NCBI RefSeq assembly: GCF_964204645.1
Contig: NC_134030.1
Span: 1,595,355 to 1,659,354 of the forward strand
Source of the DNA: Tubulanus polymorphus
Lineage: Eukaryota > Animalia > Nemertea
Reading direction: 5' to 3'
DNA length: 64,000 bases
A program made the position numbers and the translations under genes. Positions 49,572-61,625 of the stretch are shown here, piece by piece (the stretch's first letter is position 1; each line of letters starts with the position of its first letter). Under the pieces are notes generated by a model. It ran no database searches and was not told the origin of the DNA. It worked only from the letters and a program-made list of their open reading frames with translations.

Positions 49572-52500
49572 GCACCCCTCCCGCCGGAGACGCCTCCCGA
49601 CTTGCAAGCAAGAAGTAAGTTCAGTCTTCAAATACAATTTCAATGCATTCAATTTTGTGTATGGCATTAAAACGGTTAAAGTTGTGACTAGTTTTCATAA
49701 CTCCGTGACGTCATATTTCCATCGAGTACCGGACCCTTTCCTATGTTTTTTGCCAATTTGGATTGAATGATCGCCAGCGGTTTTTCTATACGACCCGGCT
49801 CTGCTGTATTGCATTTAGCCATCCTTTTTCTTGGCGTTTTTTATAAGAAGGTGTTTGATTTTGTCTCTAAGGGATTTAGGAATTTAAGAGACACTTGTAC
49901 TCTCTATACAGTGAGTTTGTTCTGTTTTTGTTCCCTCGTGAATTTTATTTTTGTTTGGTTTAATTTGATTTATCATAATCAAATCAAATCAGTGCATATT
50001 TCTTGAATTGCGTGTAAGTTATAATGTTATCAAATATCTGTTATATTTAAACCGAATATTTAATTGTTGTATTTTGAATGCGATAATGCCGCTCCCTGCT
50101 AAAGTCCAGCGTCGTCATCGTGAGGGATGCGGTCATCTGTTCGGGCCCTGATTACGTTCTGTGTTCATCCTGTTGGGCTACATCGGGCGTTATATGAGTT
50201 CATCCTTCCTCGACTTGCGGATTGTGGTCGGAAGATCTATGGGTTCGGGCCGATAAGTCCCGGAAACAGAAAGTACAGTTTCTGCCGATGTGCCTATTGA
50301 TGTCTCTATTTCAGAACATCACAGCGGTCGCCGGCTGTACAAGCACGGCCGGCTTCCCAACTCCATTCTCTGAGGAGGATCGCTGGTTCTCTAGTAACGG
50401 TCAGTCACCAGTCAATCAACGGTTCAGCTGGTTCAGTTTCCCAGGTATCGGCGCGCGACAGTCGGGATACCTGCACAGGAACTCAGGTCCGGTCCGGGCT
50501 ACTCCGAGCACCGGTCCGGTCCAGGCATCACCGGATACTGAACATCCTGTCCGGTAGCTTCGAGAACTGGTCCGGTCCAGGCATCACAGGGTACTGAACA
50601 TCTGGTCTAGTCAGCTTCGAGAACCGGTCCAGGCATCACCGGATACTGAACATCTGGTCCGGTCAGCTTCGAGAACTGGTCCGGTCCAGGCATCACCGGG
50701 TAATAAACATCCGGTGCACGGGTACTGAACATCTGGTCCGGGAGCTTCGAGAGTCCGGTCCGGTCCAGGCATCACTGGGTACTGAACATCCAGTCTGGTC
50801 CAGTCCAGGCATCACCGGGTACTGAACATCCAGTCTGGTCCGGTCCAGGCATCACCGGGTACTGAACATCCAGTCCGGTCTGGTCCAGGCATCACCGGAT
50901 ACTGAACATCCGGTCCGGTAGCTTCGACAACTGGTCCGGTCCAGGCATCACCGGGTACTGAAAATCCAGTCCGGTCCGGTCCAGGCATCAGTGGATACTG
51001 AACATCTGGTCCGGTAGCTTCGAGAACTGGTCCGGTCCAGGCATCACTGGGTACTGAACATCCAGTCCGGTCCGGTCCAGGCATCACTGGGTACTGAACA
51101 TCCAGTCTGGTCCGGTCCAGGCATCAGTGGATACTGAACATCCTGTCCGGTCAGCTCCGTGCACCGGTCCGGTCCAGGCATCACTGGGTACTGAACATCC
51201 ACTCTGGTCCGGTCCAGGCATCACCGGGTACTGAACAGGGTTCGTCGCGGTGCTTGAAAAGCTTGAAATGGCTTGAATTTGAAAAATACTACTCAAGCGC
51301 TTGAAAACAGCTTGAAAATAGATCGAAAGCTTGAAATAATTATTTTTGACTTGAAATAAAAAGTTATGGCTTGAAATGCTTGATTATCACAAATTTTCTT
51401 CATCGCGAATTTTTTTCGATGAAATCGCAGACAGAATATGTTCTTGAGTTGTTTGTACGCGTGCGTCATGTTTTAGGCATCAATAAAGAAATTAATTGAA
51501 TTGTATTGAATCGCTATGAGACTCTTGTGGTGAAACTCTACGGTGTCTGGAGACATGAACATACGGGGAAATTTCAGTCATGCATGTTATCGAGCATTGA
51601 TGTAAAATGGCATTGAAATCCCACACCAGGAGTGAGAGCCATGTTGAAGGCACCGCGACCTAGTCAAAGTCATTGAACATTACAAATTTCGTATTAGGCC
51701 ATCCAAAAATCAAGGTCTGTTTGCCGTCATCCGACCGACCCGACTTCAAAGGTACCCAGTGGAAACTTTTTTCTTGGATTCATTGAAATAAATTGTATTT
51801 TTGATACAAATGGCCGACCCACTGCCGATGTATGAGCTATGTATGTTTGAAGTTAAGTGTGCATCATGTGAAAACATGCCTCGACTATTTAGTTGAAGTT
51901 TTCCAGGAAACTGGCAGTGTTCCAATAAGCTGCCATTCATTCTAAAGCTGGTAATGTTATAGCGTGCATATATTCAATCTACTGTTTCATTTTGAACGCA
52001 GATTTCGGATGTTGTTTCCGCTAAAAGTGGTGATGATAAATTTGTTGTTTTTTTGCCCCAAAATTTTGCAAAAAAAAAATGATGCTACCTTCCTACTGAC
52101 TTATCCCAAAAATAGTAGGTGTAACGGCAAAACAGACAATTAATTTGGGATGGCCAAATATCCAAATCTTGATTGATATGAATATTTAAGCTAGGAAATG
52201 CTGAAAATCATTGTGATGAACAGGTTTCATCTCTAACAGAATCGTATCAACTCGGAGGTTCCACTGGAATCAAAATTTTACCTCTTTTTTAACATTTTTA
52301 TACGAACCTGTTCAAAATAGGCAAATTGGCTGCGACTAACGAAAATTGCTTCCAACGTGCCTTAAAAAATAGCTTGAAAATGGTATAAATCTAGCTTGAA
52401 ATGGCTTGAATTTCACCTGAGCTTGAGACAATGAACCCTGCTGAACATCTGGTCCGGTCAGCTTCAAGCACCGGTCCGGTCCAGGCATCACCGGTTACTG

Positions 52501-55500
52501 AACATCCGGTCCGGTCAGCTTCCAGCACCGGTCCAGGCATCACCAGGTACTGAACATCTGGTCTGGTCCGGGCGGCCTGGCATCAATGTTTCGAATTTAA
52601 AACATAGTTATCATGGTTCTAGGTTTGGTAGAGGGCGCTCTTCTACCAGATGCAGGAGCGAGGTCACCTTCACGGAGATCGAGATCGAGGGATTATGATT
52701 GATTCTGTAGGAACCATCATCATTCATCAGTTCAGGTCGAGGGACCGTTTAGGAAGTTCACGTCTTTCACGTCGAGGGACCGTTTAGGAAGTTCACGTCT
52801 TTCACGTCGAGGGACCGTTTAGGAAGTTCACGTCTTTCACGTCGAGGGACCGTTTAGGAAGTTCACGTCTTTCACGTCGAGGGACCGTTTAGGAAGTTCA
52901 CGTCTTTCACGTCGAGGGACCGTTTAGGAAGTTCACATCTTTCACGTCGAGGGACCGTTTAGGAAGTTCACGTCTTTCACGTCGAGGGACCGTTTAGGAA
53001 GTTCACGTCTTTCACGTCGAGGGACCGTTAAGGAAGTCGTCACAATAATCAGGATTTCCGCGATTTCGAAAGTCAGATTTTAAACTTGTTATTGTCATTG
53101 TAAGCTACCGCAGTTACAGGTAAGCCTATTCTTGATTGCCCGAGACAGGCGTGCAGATATTGTTCCCGACTTAAGTTTTTGGTTGATTTTCTTGTGACTT
53201 GTTTGTTTTAGGGGTGAGATGGATGAGCCTTATTGTTTTTTGACATATATAGGTCATCCAAGATGGCCGCCACAGCCATTACAATGTGTAAAATAGCCAT
53301 TTTGAAGCTTGTGACAACTCTACAATCTACAGTTTCAAACCAATTTACCAATTACTTATTCTGTGGTTTCATAATGGTAGGAGAATGAGCCTTATTGTTT
53401 TTGACATATATAGGTCATCCAAGATGGCCGCCACAGCCATTTCAATGTGTGAAATAGCCATTTTGAAGCTTGTTACCGCTCTACGGACTTAAGTTTTAAG
53501 CTTAAGACTTAAGATGGCCACCACAGTTATATCAATGTCTTAAATCTTATCCGATTTGGAGCTTGTTACTGCTCTAAGATGTAGAGGTTTAGAGGTTTAT
53601 AATTTCATTCATACTTGTACTGTGGTTTATTTATGGTGGTCAGAGGATGAGCCCTATTACAATTTGCATTCTCTACTTGACTCACTGGTCAAGGGTTAAT
53701 ATCTAGTTTGATAAATGTGGAGCATGTCGGTGAATCATCCCCCCCCTCCCCCGGACTCTGATCTCAATGTCTGATGTCAATCGTCAGCAGTTTCAATGGA
53801 ATAGGCTCGATTAGGTGTGGAACAAGTGGAATCCTCGATTGCCACAGTCGAACCTAGAGTATTAAGAGCTCAATTAGGTTCTTCTTTGCGTCTCTTCTCC
53901 AGTTGGAGTGCTCCAGTTTCCACCGAATGGAGGAAGATTCGAGATGTGCAGATTCAAGTCCACCATGCGGACTCCGGCTCCGGCTCCGGCAGCTCAAGGT
54001 TCAGCCCGAACTCACGCAATGCCATCTCAAGCATCCGTACTTTCTCAAGCGGCTACTAATGCTGTTTGGAGAACAAGTGCACAGCTCCAACATTCTCGTG
54101 CCCCTTCTGGTCAGAATAATTCTAGTTCATATCGGGGAATGCTCCTAAAAGGAGCTCTTCCTCTCGGAGAAACTCAAAATGAATGCTCGGGGCCAGTGAG
54201 AGGTTGTCTATAACGAGCAGCCACCTACTGATCCGGCGTTCCCGGGTCGTATCACGGCGGCTACTGTCTTCAATTCTGAACACCTCCCGACATGCGCCCG
54301 AAAGCAGGTCACGAGACACTAATCTCGTTAGCTCTCAAAGATCTGGCCAAAAAGAGAGCAATAGAACCAGTACGGGACGAAGCCACATCTGGCTGGTTTT
54401 CATGAATATTTATGCTCCTGAAGACCACAGGGCGTCGATGGACTGTCATTCCTCGAGTGGCACCTGGATATCCCGAGGCTTCCGATGACTAAAACAGGGA
54501 GGTAATTCAAGGTCTCCGTCGAGGTTAATGGGCGGCTTCATTGGACCTGAAAGATGTCAGGTTCCTATTCACCCGAAATCTCATCAATTTCACAGAATGA
54601 AGTGGAAACGCCGCCAGTTCCAGTTCAGGTCTCTTCCAGTCGGCCTCAGTACAGCCCACGCCCTGGGTATTTACCAGCTTGGGTCAAGTCCAGAAGGTAC
54701 ACTACAGTCCAGGGCTGGGTTTCATAGATATGGAAGAAAAATAATTCCAGGGAACATTTTGAAATTTGTCAGTTATAACCATGGTTTCTCATTGTTAGTA
54801 TGGTGGTTGAGGATTTATCCCTTTGGATAACTTTGATACTCAGTCTATGAAACCGGGTCCTGGAGTATTTGTCTGTTGGTTTACCTCGACGACTGGTTAC
54901 TAGTACCAAACTCGACTATAGAATGTCAGGAGGCGGTGACCGCTGTCGACCGCTGTCGTAGACTTAGTTCACCAGTTCCGCGTAAACTAAGTAAAATCTC
55001 ACTTGATGCCGTCCCAACAGTTCACATCTCCGGATCAGCACGGTCTTTCCGTCCATGGCTCGAGTAGCCAAACTTCAAGAAGCGTAGTTACCACAAACGA
55101 GAGGACAGCTAGTTATCGGTGACGCCTGTGGCTAAATGCAATACCGCAGTGCCAGGGGTCGTATCTCTGGCTATCTACACATTCAGAGAATATTAACTAA
55201 AACCATAGGAAAGGGTCAAGCACTACTCCGAAAAAAAACTAATTTTATTTCCAAAAAATTACGATATTATATGGATTGCATGCTGTGTGGAAGAAGTTTT
55301 CAAAATTATTTAGGAGCTTATTATAATTTGAATACATGAATTGAGAGCAATTTGAAATGTGTTGATATCCGAAAGTGTTTCCATTGACTTCACTCATTCA
55401 CCTGATGAAGCTTCTATACATTAGTACCCAAAGCTTGTGTGTCAAATAAACTAGTTACACGTCCTATAAAGTACTACTTGTCTCGTTATATATTCTAAAC

Positions 55501-58426
55501 CCCAGTTAACAATTCCAGTAAGTCAGGTTTAGGGAATAGATATTTAAACCTTCAGATGAAACCGATGTGATACAATTCCAGTAAGTCAGGTTTAGGGAAT
55601 AGATATTTAAACCTTCAGATGATACCGATGTGATACAATTCCAGTAAGTCAGGTTTAGGGAATAGATATTTAAACCTTCAGATGAAACCGATGTCATACA
55701 ATTCCAGTAAGTCAGGTTTAGGGAATAGTTATTTAAACATTCAGATGAAACCGATGTAATACAATTCCAGTAAGTCAGGTTTAGGGAATAGATATTTAAA
55801 CCTTCAGATGATACCGATGTCATACAATTCCAGTAAGTCAGGTTTGATATTTAAACCTTGAGATGATACCGATGAATTTAGCAATTTTGAATGAATTAAA
55901 CCAATATGAGATTTCGATCCTAAGAATATTGGAAGCTTGTGTTTAACGTTACTAAATAGTAATATTATATAAAGCTAGAAGGACACGAGCGTATCCATTT
56001 TTTTGCCCGATCGCGACGATTAAATTCGCTGGTGAATTTATACGCCCGATACGAGTGGGTACCGATCTATTTATAAATCGGCCATCACGGTGATTTCGTC
56101 GCCCGCCGACATTAAACATGTTCGATATTTACGCCGGTGTTCAGGTCACTTGTTAATTCGCTCGTCTTGTCGGCAAGCTTAAAAAGATTTAGAAAAAACT
56201 ACAAATTCTCATTCCTGAATGAACTGGATTCATCTGGGTTCAGTTTCATGAGACTCAGTTCAAACTGCTCTAGAATTTGAGTTTGTAATTAATGTATGTG
56301 ATTATAATGAATTGTATTTTTTGTTTTACAGCTTTGGCATTTCGGTTAAGTCGTGCGTTCCGGCGGGAGGAGTTTGTACGTTTGTTTCTCCCGGAGTGTA
56401 AGTAGTTTAACTATTTTCATACAATATCATTTAGTGTGACGTATGTCACTGATAATCAAAATCTAATAATAACTGTTGATCCGTAGTATTAACATTGTGC
56501 AATTGAAATCCTATAGTTGTTTTTAGAAAGGATAGATGGCGCCATCAATGTGACAATCGATTGTAAAGTTTAAGAAATGAATGTTTAACCTCGCCGAGTA
56601 CCAGAATTCTTAACCGTAGCATCGAAACCATTCGACTTGTTGTTTAATGTATTTCTCTCTATTTTTATTTTACAGTGATGATCATTTTACAAGACTGCCC
56701 GTTTGGGGACTTGGTGGGGGAATTCAAAAGAAACTTGGTTCCCGATAGGATACCACCACCGGTTAATCCTATGTCGCCCGCTGCTGCCCCTCCCCAAAAT
56801 CCGATAAATTCGCCTCAGCAGCGGCCTGTCAGACAGCCGCCCCCGGCCGCCACTCGTTCATCAGACAGAGTCCGGGGACGGCTGTTTGAAGGAGATCTGA
56901 CGGAGGTAAGAATCTTTATTTGTTTTCATATTTTATTCAGGATATCAGTTGAAGTTCAGCAAATAAATTACCAGACCTGTAAACAGAAGAGTAGTCATAA
57001 ATTTCCATTTGCGGGTAAAACCCCATAGTCGAAAACCTTCGGTTATTGATCTATATCTGCTTAAGACCAATGGTTGTACACACGAGTGCGAAAACTTATC
57101 GCTCAAACTTTGATTGTATCCATGGTAACGCGTACAGTATACTATGCGTGACTTACCGTTTCCTATCACTGGAATACAATACTGTTTTAGACCATGAGCG
57201 CCATCTGCGGCGGTCATAACGGACTGAGTGGTGATTGGCTGAAATGCTCGTCTACCGTGGTGACGATTATTCGGTGTTACACGTGCAGCAGACACGTCTC
57301 TGAATATCTAACATTTGATTGTTGTAACTCATCGGGAAAAATATGTTTATGAGTCGATTTTTTGTCGAAATTTTGTTCGGCAGAAAATTGGCTGCGTACG
57401 TCAAGAAGGCGGCTGATATTTGTATCGTGTGACCCCTCGTCCCGGTAATATGCCGACCCACGTACACCTGAGACCAGTTGCAGAGCTTAGAATTAAGACC
57501 GTTTTAAGACCAACTTAGTTCTATAGCCAATCTAATAACTTAAGACCAGTCTTTAGATTTAAGACCACTTTTGGACTTAAGTCTTGACCATGGAATCGGC
57601 CCCAGATGCTTATTCCGCTGTATTGGATGCTGACGTGCTCGTGTCTTCCAGCAATGTTGTTATTCACCAAAAATATCATGTTTTGTTTGAATAACACGAT
57701 TCATCTGAGTCTGGGTTTAACGGATGACACGTTCACACAGAACTACGAAATCAATATCAGAAGTCCTTTTATATTGAAACGGTCCCAGAAGTCCCTGTTA
57801 TAATGGGTACTTTTTCAAAAAAAGTAACGAGAACTCCGATGGCTTTCCGTATCGGTAAAAACTAACTATTTCTATGAGCGTCACTCGTAGATTTACCGAA
57901 ACGCCACCTTGTGACACGATATCCTAACTACGTATAGGTGTTTTATTTGCTGAATCGCTGGTTTCTCATTCTCATTTTTTATACTTGTGTTTAATTTTAT
58001 ACTAAACAAATTTTTCACTTTTTCTTTTTACAGACACGACCACCGCCAAAAAAAACTAGAACAAAAAGGAAAAGAAAAGTTGCGGTCGTCGTGGCTCCGC
58101 AGGGAGGAGGAGCAAGAGTGGTCCCGGCGGATGGTGCGGCTGACGAAGGTAATCGGGAGGAAGGGGAGGGGATAAATAGGAAGCGGCCGAGGAGGGATGG
58201 TGGTGGGGCTGGGGATGGTGCGGGTCCTGCTCCTCCTGCTCCTCCATCCGTATCTCGGGCGGTCACTCGTTCACTCGCCAAAAAGCTGGCGAGTGAACGA
58301 GTGGCCCGAGAGGTAGAGGTGGTGGCCCGACATACGGATGGAATGTGGGAGGAGCGGCTTCGTTCGGGGACAATTCCGGATTTGTTAACTGATTTAAAAA
58401 ATATTCTTTCAGTGAAGGGATATTAG
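45259..58426 (+). CDS. Predicted 9-exon gene, 344-aa disordered and probably nuclear protein of unknown family; exons 45259-45321, 46480-46569, 46979-47023, 47394-47420, 49284-49322, 49533-49614, 56332-56397, 56676-56905, 58034-58426
   Basis: Each exon has a pyrimidine tract + AG; the eight donors read GTAAG; lengths 63, 90, 45, 27, 39, 82, 66, 230, 393 sum to 1035 nt; phases match at every junction with no internal stop. Confidence 0.72.
45379..45491. mobile_element. MITE, possibly PIF/Harbinger-like (CWG-flanked)
   Basis: ctgggtccagtttcacaaa ... tttgtgaaactaggccctg. Confidence 0.6.
46067..46211. mobile_element. Tc1/mariner-pogo-like MITE with TA TSD
   Basis: ta|cagcagactc ... gagtctactg|ta. 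Confidence 0.65.
48241..48470. mobile_element. MITE-like element with ~31-bp imperfect TIRs
   Basis: tccaccagatggcgcaacgagtagtaggtcgt vs inverse of acgaccaactatttactagcgacacctggtgga. Confidence 0.55.
51236..52440. mobile_element. Non-autonomous DNA transposon, 8-bp TIR, 5-bp TSD
   Basis: ctgaa|cagggttc ... gaaccctg|ctgaa; subterminal gcttgaaa motifs at both ends. Confidence 0.85.
51697..52155. mobile_element. Nested MITE with GGCC termini (possibly Zator- or Harbinger-like)
   Basis: ggccatccaaaaatcaaggtctgtttgccgt vs inverse of acggcaaaacagacaattaatttgggatggcc. Confidence 0.7.
52736..53038 (+). repeat. 35-bp minisatellite, ~8.5 copies, gag-derived
   Basis: gtcgagggaccgtttaggaagttcacgtctttcac; compare tcgagggaccg at ~39453. 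Confidence 0.95.
53146..53730. repeat. Inserted interspersed repeat with internal ~180 bp repeats
   Basis: gagcc.ttattgtttttgacatatataggtcatccaagatggccgccacagccatt twice, plus a third partial copy; interrupts gag homology. Confidence 0.65.
54710..54862. mobile_element. MITE inserted in the decayed RT
   Basis: cagggctgggtttcataga ... tctatgaaaccgggtcctg; RT homology resumes on both sides. Confidence 0.65.
55508..55875. repeat. 63-bp minisatellite, ~6 copies
   Basis: caattccagtaagtcaggtttagggaatagatatttaaaccttcagatga.accgatgt.ata. Confidence 0.95.
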
Positions 58427-59039
58427 GTGCCTTGAACGCATGAGTCGTTCATGCGCGCCTAATATGCCTTCACTGAAAAAAAATCAACTATAACATGTAC
58501 CACATATTTTTTGATTTAATTTTAGTCCAATTCCACAATTATTTCGGCTTACAATAGTGTCTTCAATTCTTTAAAGCCCAAAGCACCTTTTTGACTCAAC
58601 ATCCAGTATGAAGGTGGCCGGGAATCGGGCCTGTTTTCTTCCATTTTTGTATCCCGCCCAGCATACTGGTTGTTGACTCGAAAAGGTGCTCGCTCTGGGA
58701 GCTTATCAAAGGCAGGTGATGGGAAAGGTGCCATCACACACTCTCCTTTGATAAGTTTCCTAGAGTGTCACGGGCTTTAACGGGTTGAATTCACTATAAT
58801 ACCAATTTTCCAAAATCAATTTAATTTCTTTCAGGCCATTCTTTTTCCATGTTTTTCTGGTACATGTTATGGTTGATTTCCATTTTCGAAAATCCGGAAT
58901 TGAAGCCGTTCGAAGTCGGGGGGATGGTGGTGGGGTTGGGTTAGTTTAGGGTTCCTCTCTGATTACCTTCTTTAGCTCATCATCCGTGCAGGTGGCGCTT
59001 GCTCTTCTAGCCGGTGTTCCCTGGGGTAAACATTTTAAA

Positions 59040-59415
59040 TTTAAAAAATCAAAAATAAAAAAAAATTATAAAATCTTTAAAAATCTCATCTCATTTCATC
59101 CAATTTATTTATTTGCGGGTGCGATTCCTATCGCACCCATTCATGTCATTCATCCAAAAAAAATAAAAAACTAAAAACGAAAATAAAATATAAAAATTAA
59201 AAAAATCTCATCTCATTTCATCCAATTTATTTATTTGCGGGTGCGATCCCTATCGCACCCATTCATGTCATTCATCAAAAAAAAATTAAAACTAAAAACG
59301 AAAAAAAATATAAAAATTTAAAAAATCTCATCTCATTTCATCCAATTTATTTATTTGCGGGTGCGATTCCTATCGCACCCATTCATGTCATTCATCCAAA
59401 AAAAATTTAAAAACT
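59040..59415. repeat. ~121-bp repeat, three copies, each with a GC-rich hairpin
   Basis: aaaatctcatctcatttcatcc...gggtgcgat-tcct-atcgcaccc. Confidence 0.92.
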
Positions 59416-59664
59416 AGAAATTAAAGTTCTAAGTTTGTTGTTAGATTCTATTGAAAGAACGTTGTAAAGTTCTTAATTTGTCGTAAAAAACGTTAGAAAA
59501 AAAGAACTTCTTAAAGTTCTCAATCTGCCGTAAAATGCAATTGAAAAGATTATAACTCACATGAAAATTAAAAAGATAAAATAATTGATAAATAATCATT
59601 AATAAAAATTGAACTTTGGTCTCGCAATGTTTCCCCGTTATGCATTTTTTACTCGTCGTCAAAC

Positions 59665-60380
59665 ATCGGCAGCTCATCGTCGATACTCGCAGCTCGATAC
59701 ACACCAGCAGCTTGTCGTCGATACACACCAGCAGCTCGATACACACCAGCAGCTTGTCGTCGATACTCACCAGCAGCTCGATTCACACCAGCAGTTCGTC
59801 GTTGATACACACCAGCAGTTCGTCGTCGATACACACCAGCAGTTCGTCATCGATACACACCAGCAGTTCGTCGTCGATACACACCAGCAGCTCGATACAC
59901 ACCAGCAGTTCGTCATCTATACACACCAGCAGTTTGTCGTCGATACACACCAGCAGTTCATCGTCGATACACACCAGCAGTTCATCGTCGATACACACCA
60001 GCAGTTCGTCGTCGATACACACCAGCAGTTCGTCGTCGATACACACCAGCAGTTCGTCGTCGATACACACCAGCAGTTGGATACACACCAGCATCTCGAT
60101 ACTCAGCAGCAGTTTGATACACACCAGCAGCTCGTCGATACACACCAGCAGTTCGTCGTCGATACACACCAGAAGCTCGATACACACCAGCAGCTCGTCG
60201 TCGATACACACCAGCAGCTCGATACTCACAGCTCGATACACACCAGCAGCTCGTCGATACACACCAGCAGCTCGATACTCACCAGCAGCTCGATACACAC
60301 CAGTAGCTCGTCGTCGATACTCACCAGCAGCTCGATACACACCAGCAGCTCGTCGTCGATACACACCAGCAGCTTGATAC
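59665..60380. repeat. 18/21/24-bp minisatellite
   Basis: cgatacacaccagcag(tt/ct)cgtcgt units. Confidence 0.95.
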
Positions 60381-61351
60381 CAAAACAGCTTTTAGCTGGT
60401 GAAAACCTACCCCCCATCGGGGTTAAACATGATCAAGCTATTATTCTAGGAATATAACTGTTGCAAGGGAAGTTAAGATTCATTAACCTAAACTTGATAC
60501 AAAGAGATTATTGCTAATTATGAATTTCAAGGGTTTAAAAACTGATTTAAAAATCTTGAAAGACGCTCGGTCTCACTAGAGATTTTCATCTTAAAGATTT
60601 ATTGTCCTCTTACTATTGTTTAGGTGATCTATAATTTGGTAAATGCTGCTGTTGGAAAGATGCCAGAAGAAAGTTGATTCGTGCACATCTTCACTTCACG
60701 TATTTATTGCACAAGGCGCCGACTTGCACCTGCACTACACCATTCACACTTCACCACTTCTGCATCTTTATCAATTAATTCTGGCATCTATTTGAAAATT
60801 ACTTTAAACATCAGATCTCAAACTGAAACATTGAGGTATTGAATTTCAAACGGAAATATCGAGCTATCGAATCTCGATCTCAAATGTTTACTGGAAGCCA
60901 TATTTGATGTTGTATTATTCATCATAGATTGTTTAGTGTTTTCTGGCATATGCGGGCCATTTAAGATGGTCAGATAAATTCCCCGGTGGAAAATATATCT
61001 CGTGGAAGAGTCATGGAAATGAAAAATATCTTATGTAGATGTGAAGTTAGGAACCTTGCAACAGTTATTCCACCTGAGGATAATTTGATATAAGATGAAT
61101 CAGTTATTGGATCATTTAACTGAAGCCAAATATAGTGAAAAATCTTAGTAAAAATTTGTCTCAAACTACAATTGAAAGGACTTATCACAGTTCTAATTCG
61201 ACTCTAGGTGCGTTCAGAAGAACTTCTTAACAGTGAAAAAACTTGACTAAAAATCAGGAATCGACCCTGTTCATTGATAAGATTTGATCTTTATTTGAAG
61301 ATTAAGAATCAAACTCGCTAATTCACAATTTTTGGTAGTAAATACTGTTGA

Positions 61352-61625
61352 TCCATCATATTCGCAGCCCCCCGTGGGCTTACCAATCCATCATACGTGC
61401 AGCCCCCTTGGGCTTACCAGTCTATCATACTCGCAGCCCCAGTGGGCTTACCAATCCATCATACGTGCAGCCACCTTGCGCTTACCAGTCTATCATACTC
61501 GCGGCCCCAGTGGACTTATCAATCCATCATACGTGCAGCCCCCGTGGGCTTACCAGTCCATCATACTCGCAGCCCCAGTGGGCTTATCAATCCATCATAC
61601 GCGCAGCCCCCTTGGGCTTATCAAT
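61352..61625. repeat. ~38-39 bp minisatellite with alternating variants, ~7 copies
   Basis: tccatcatac(gt/tc)gcagcccc.gtgggcttacca. Confidence 0.9.

Larger units (their letters stand above)
50480..52570 (+). repeat. ~40-60 bp tandem repeat derived from DIRS gag, interrupted by a DNA element
   Basis: ccggtccggtccaggcatcaccgggtactgaacat units; compare 39184-39223. Confidence 0.9.
49714..55265 (+). mobile_element. Decayed, internally deleted copy of the same DIRS family
   Basis: Starts tatttccatcgagtac; gag and RT remnants (QVPIHPKS, QFRSLP, VYLDDWL); jumps to a right-ITR remnant at ~55128; RNase H, YR and ICR missing. Confidence 0.92.

Noticed and set aside
50812-51296. Minus-strand repeat ORFs (MPGPDRTGCSV...)
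   Set aside because: Antisense translation of the gag-derived tandem repeat
55506-55823. 105-aa repeat ORF
   Set aside because: Translation of the 63-bp minisatellite
59441-60457. Long ORFs of 282, 253 and 193 aa (DTHQQ or SSIHT repeats)
   Set aside because: Open in several frames on both strands because the minisatellite units are multiples of 3 without stops; no unique coding flank or domain
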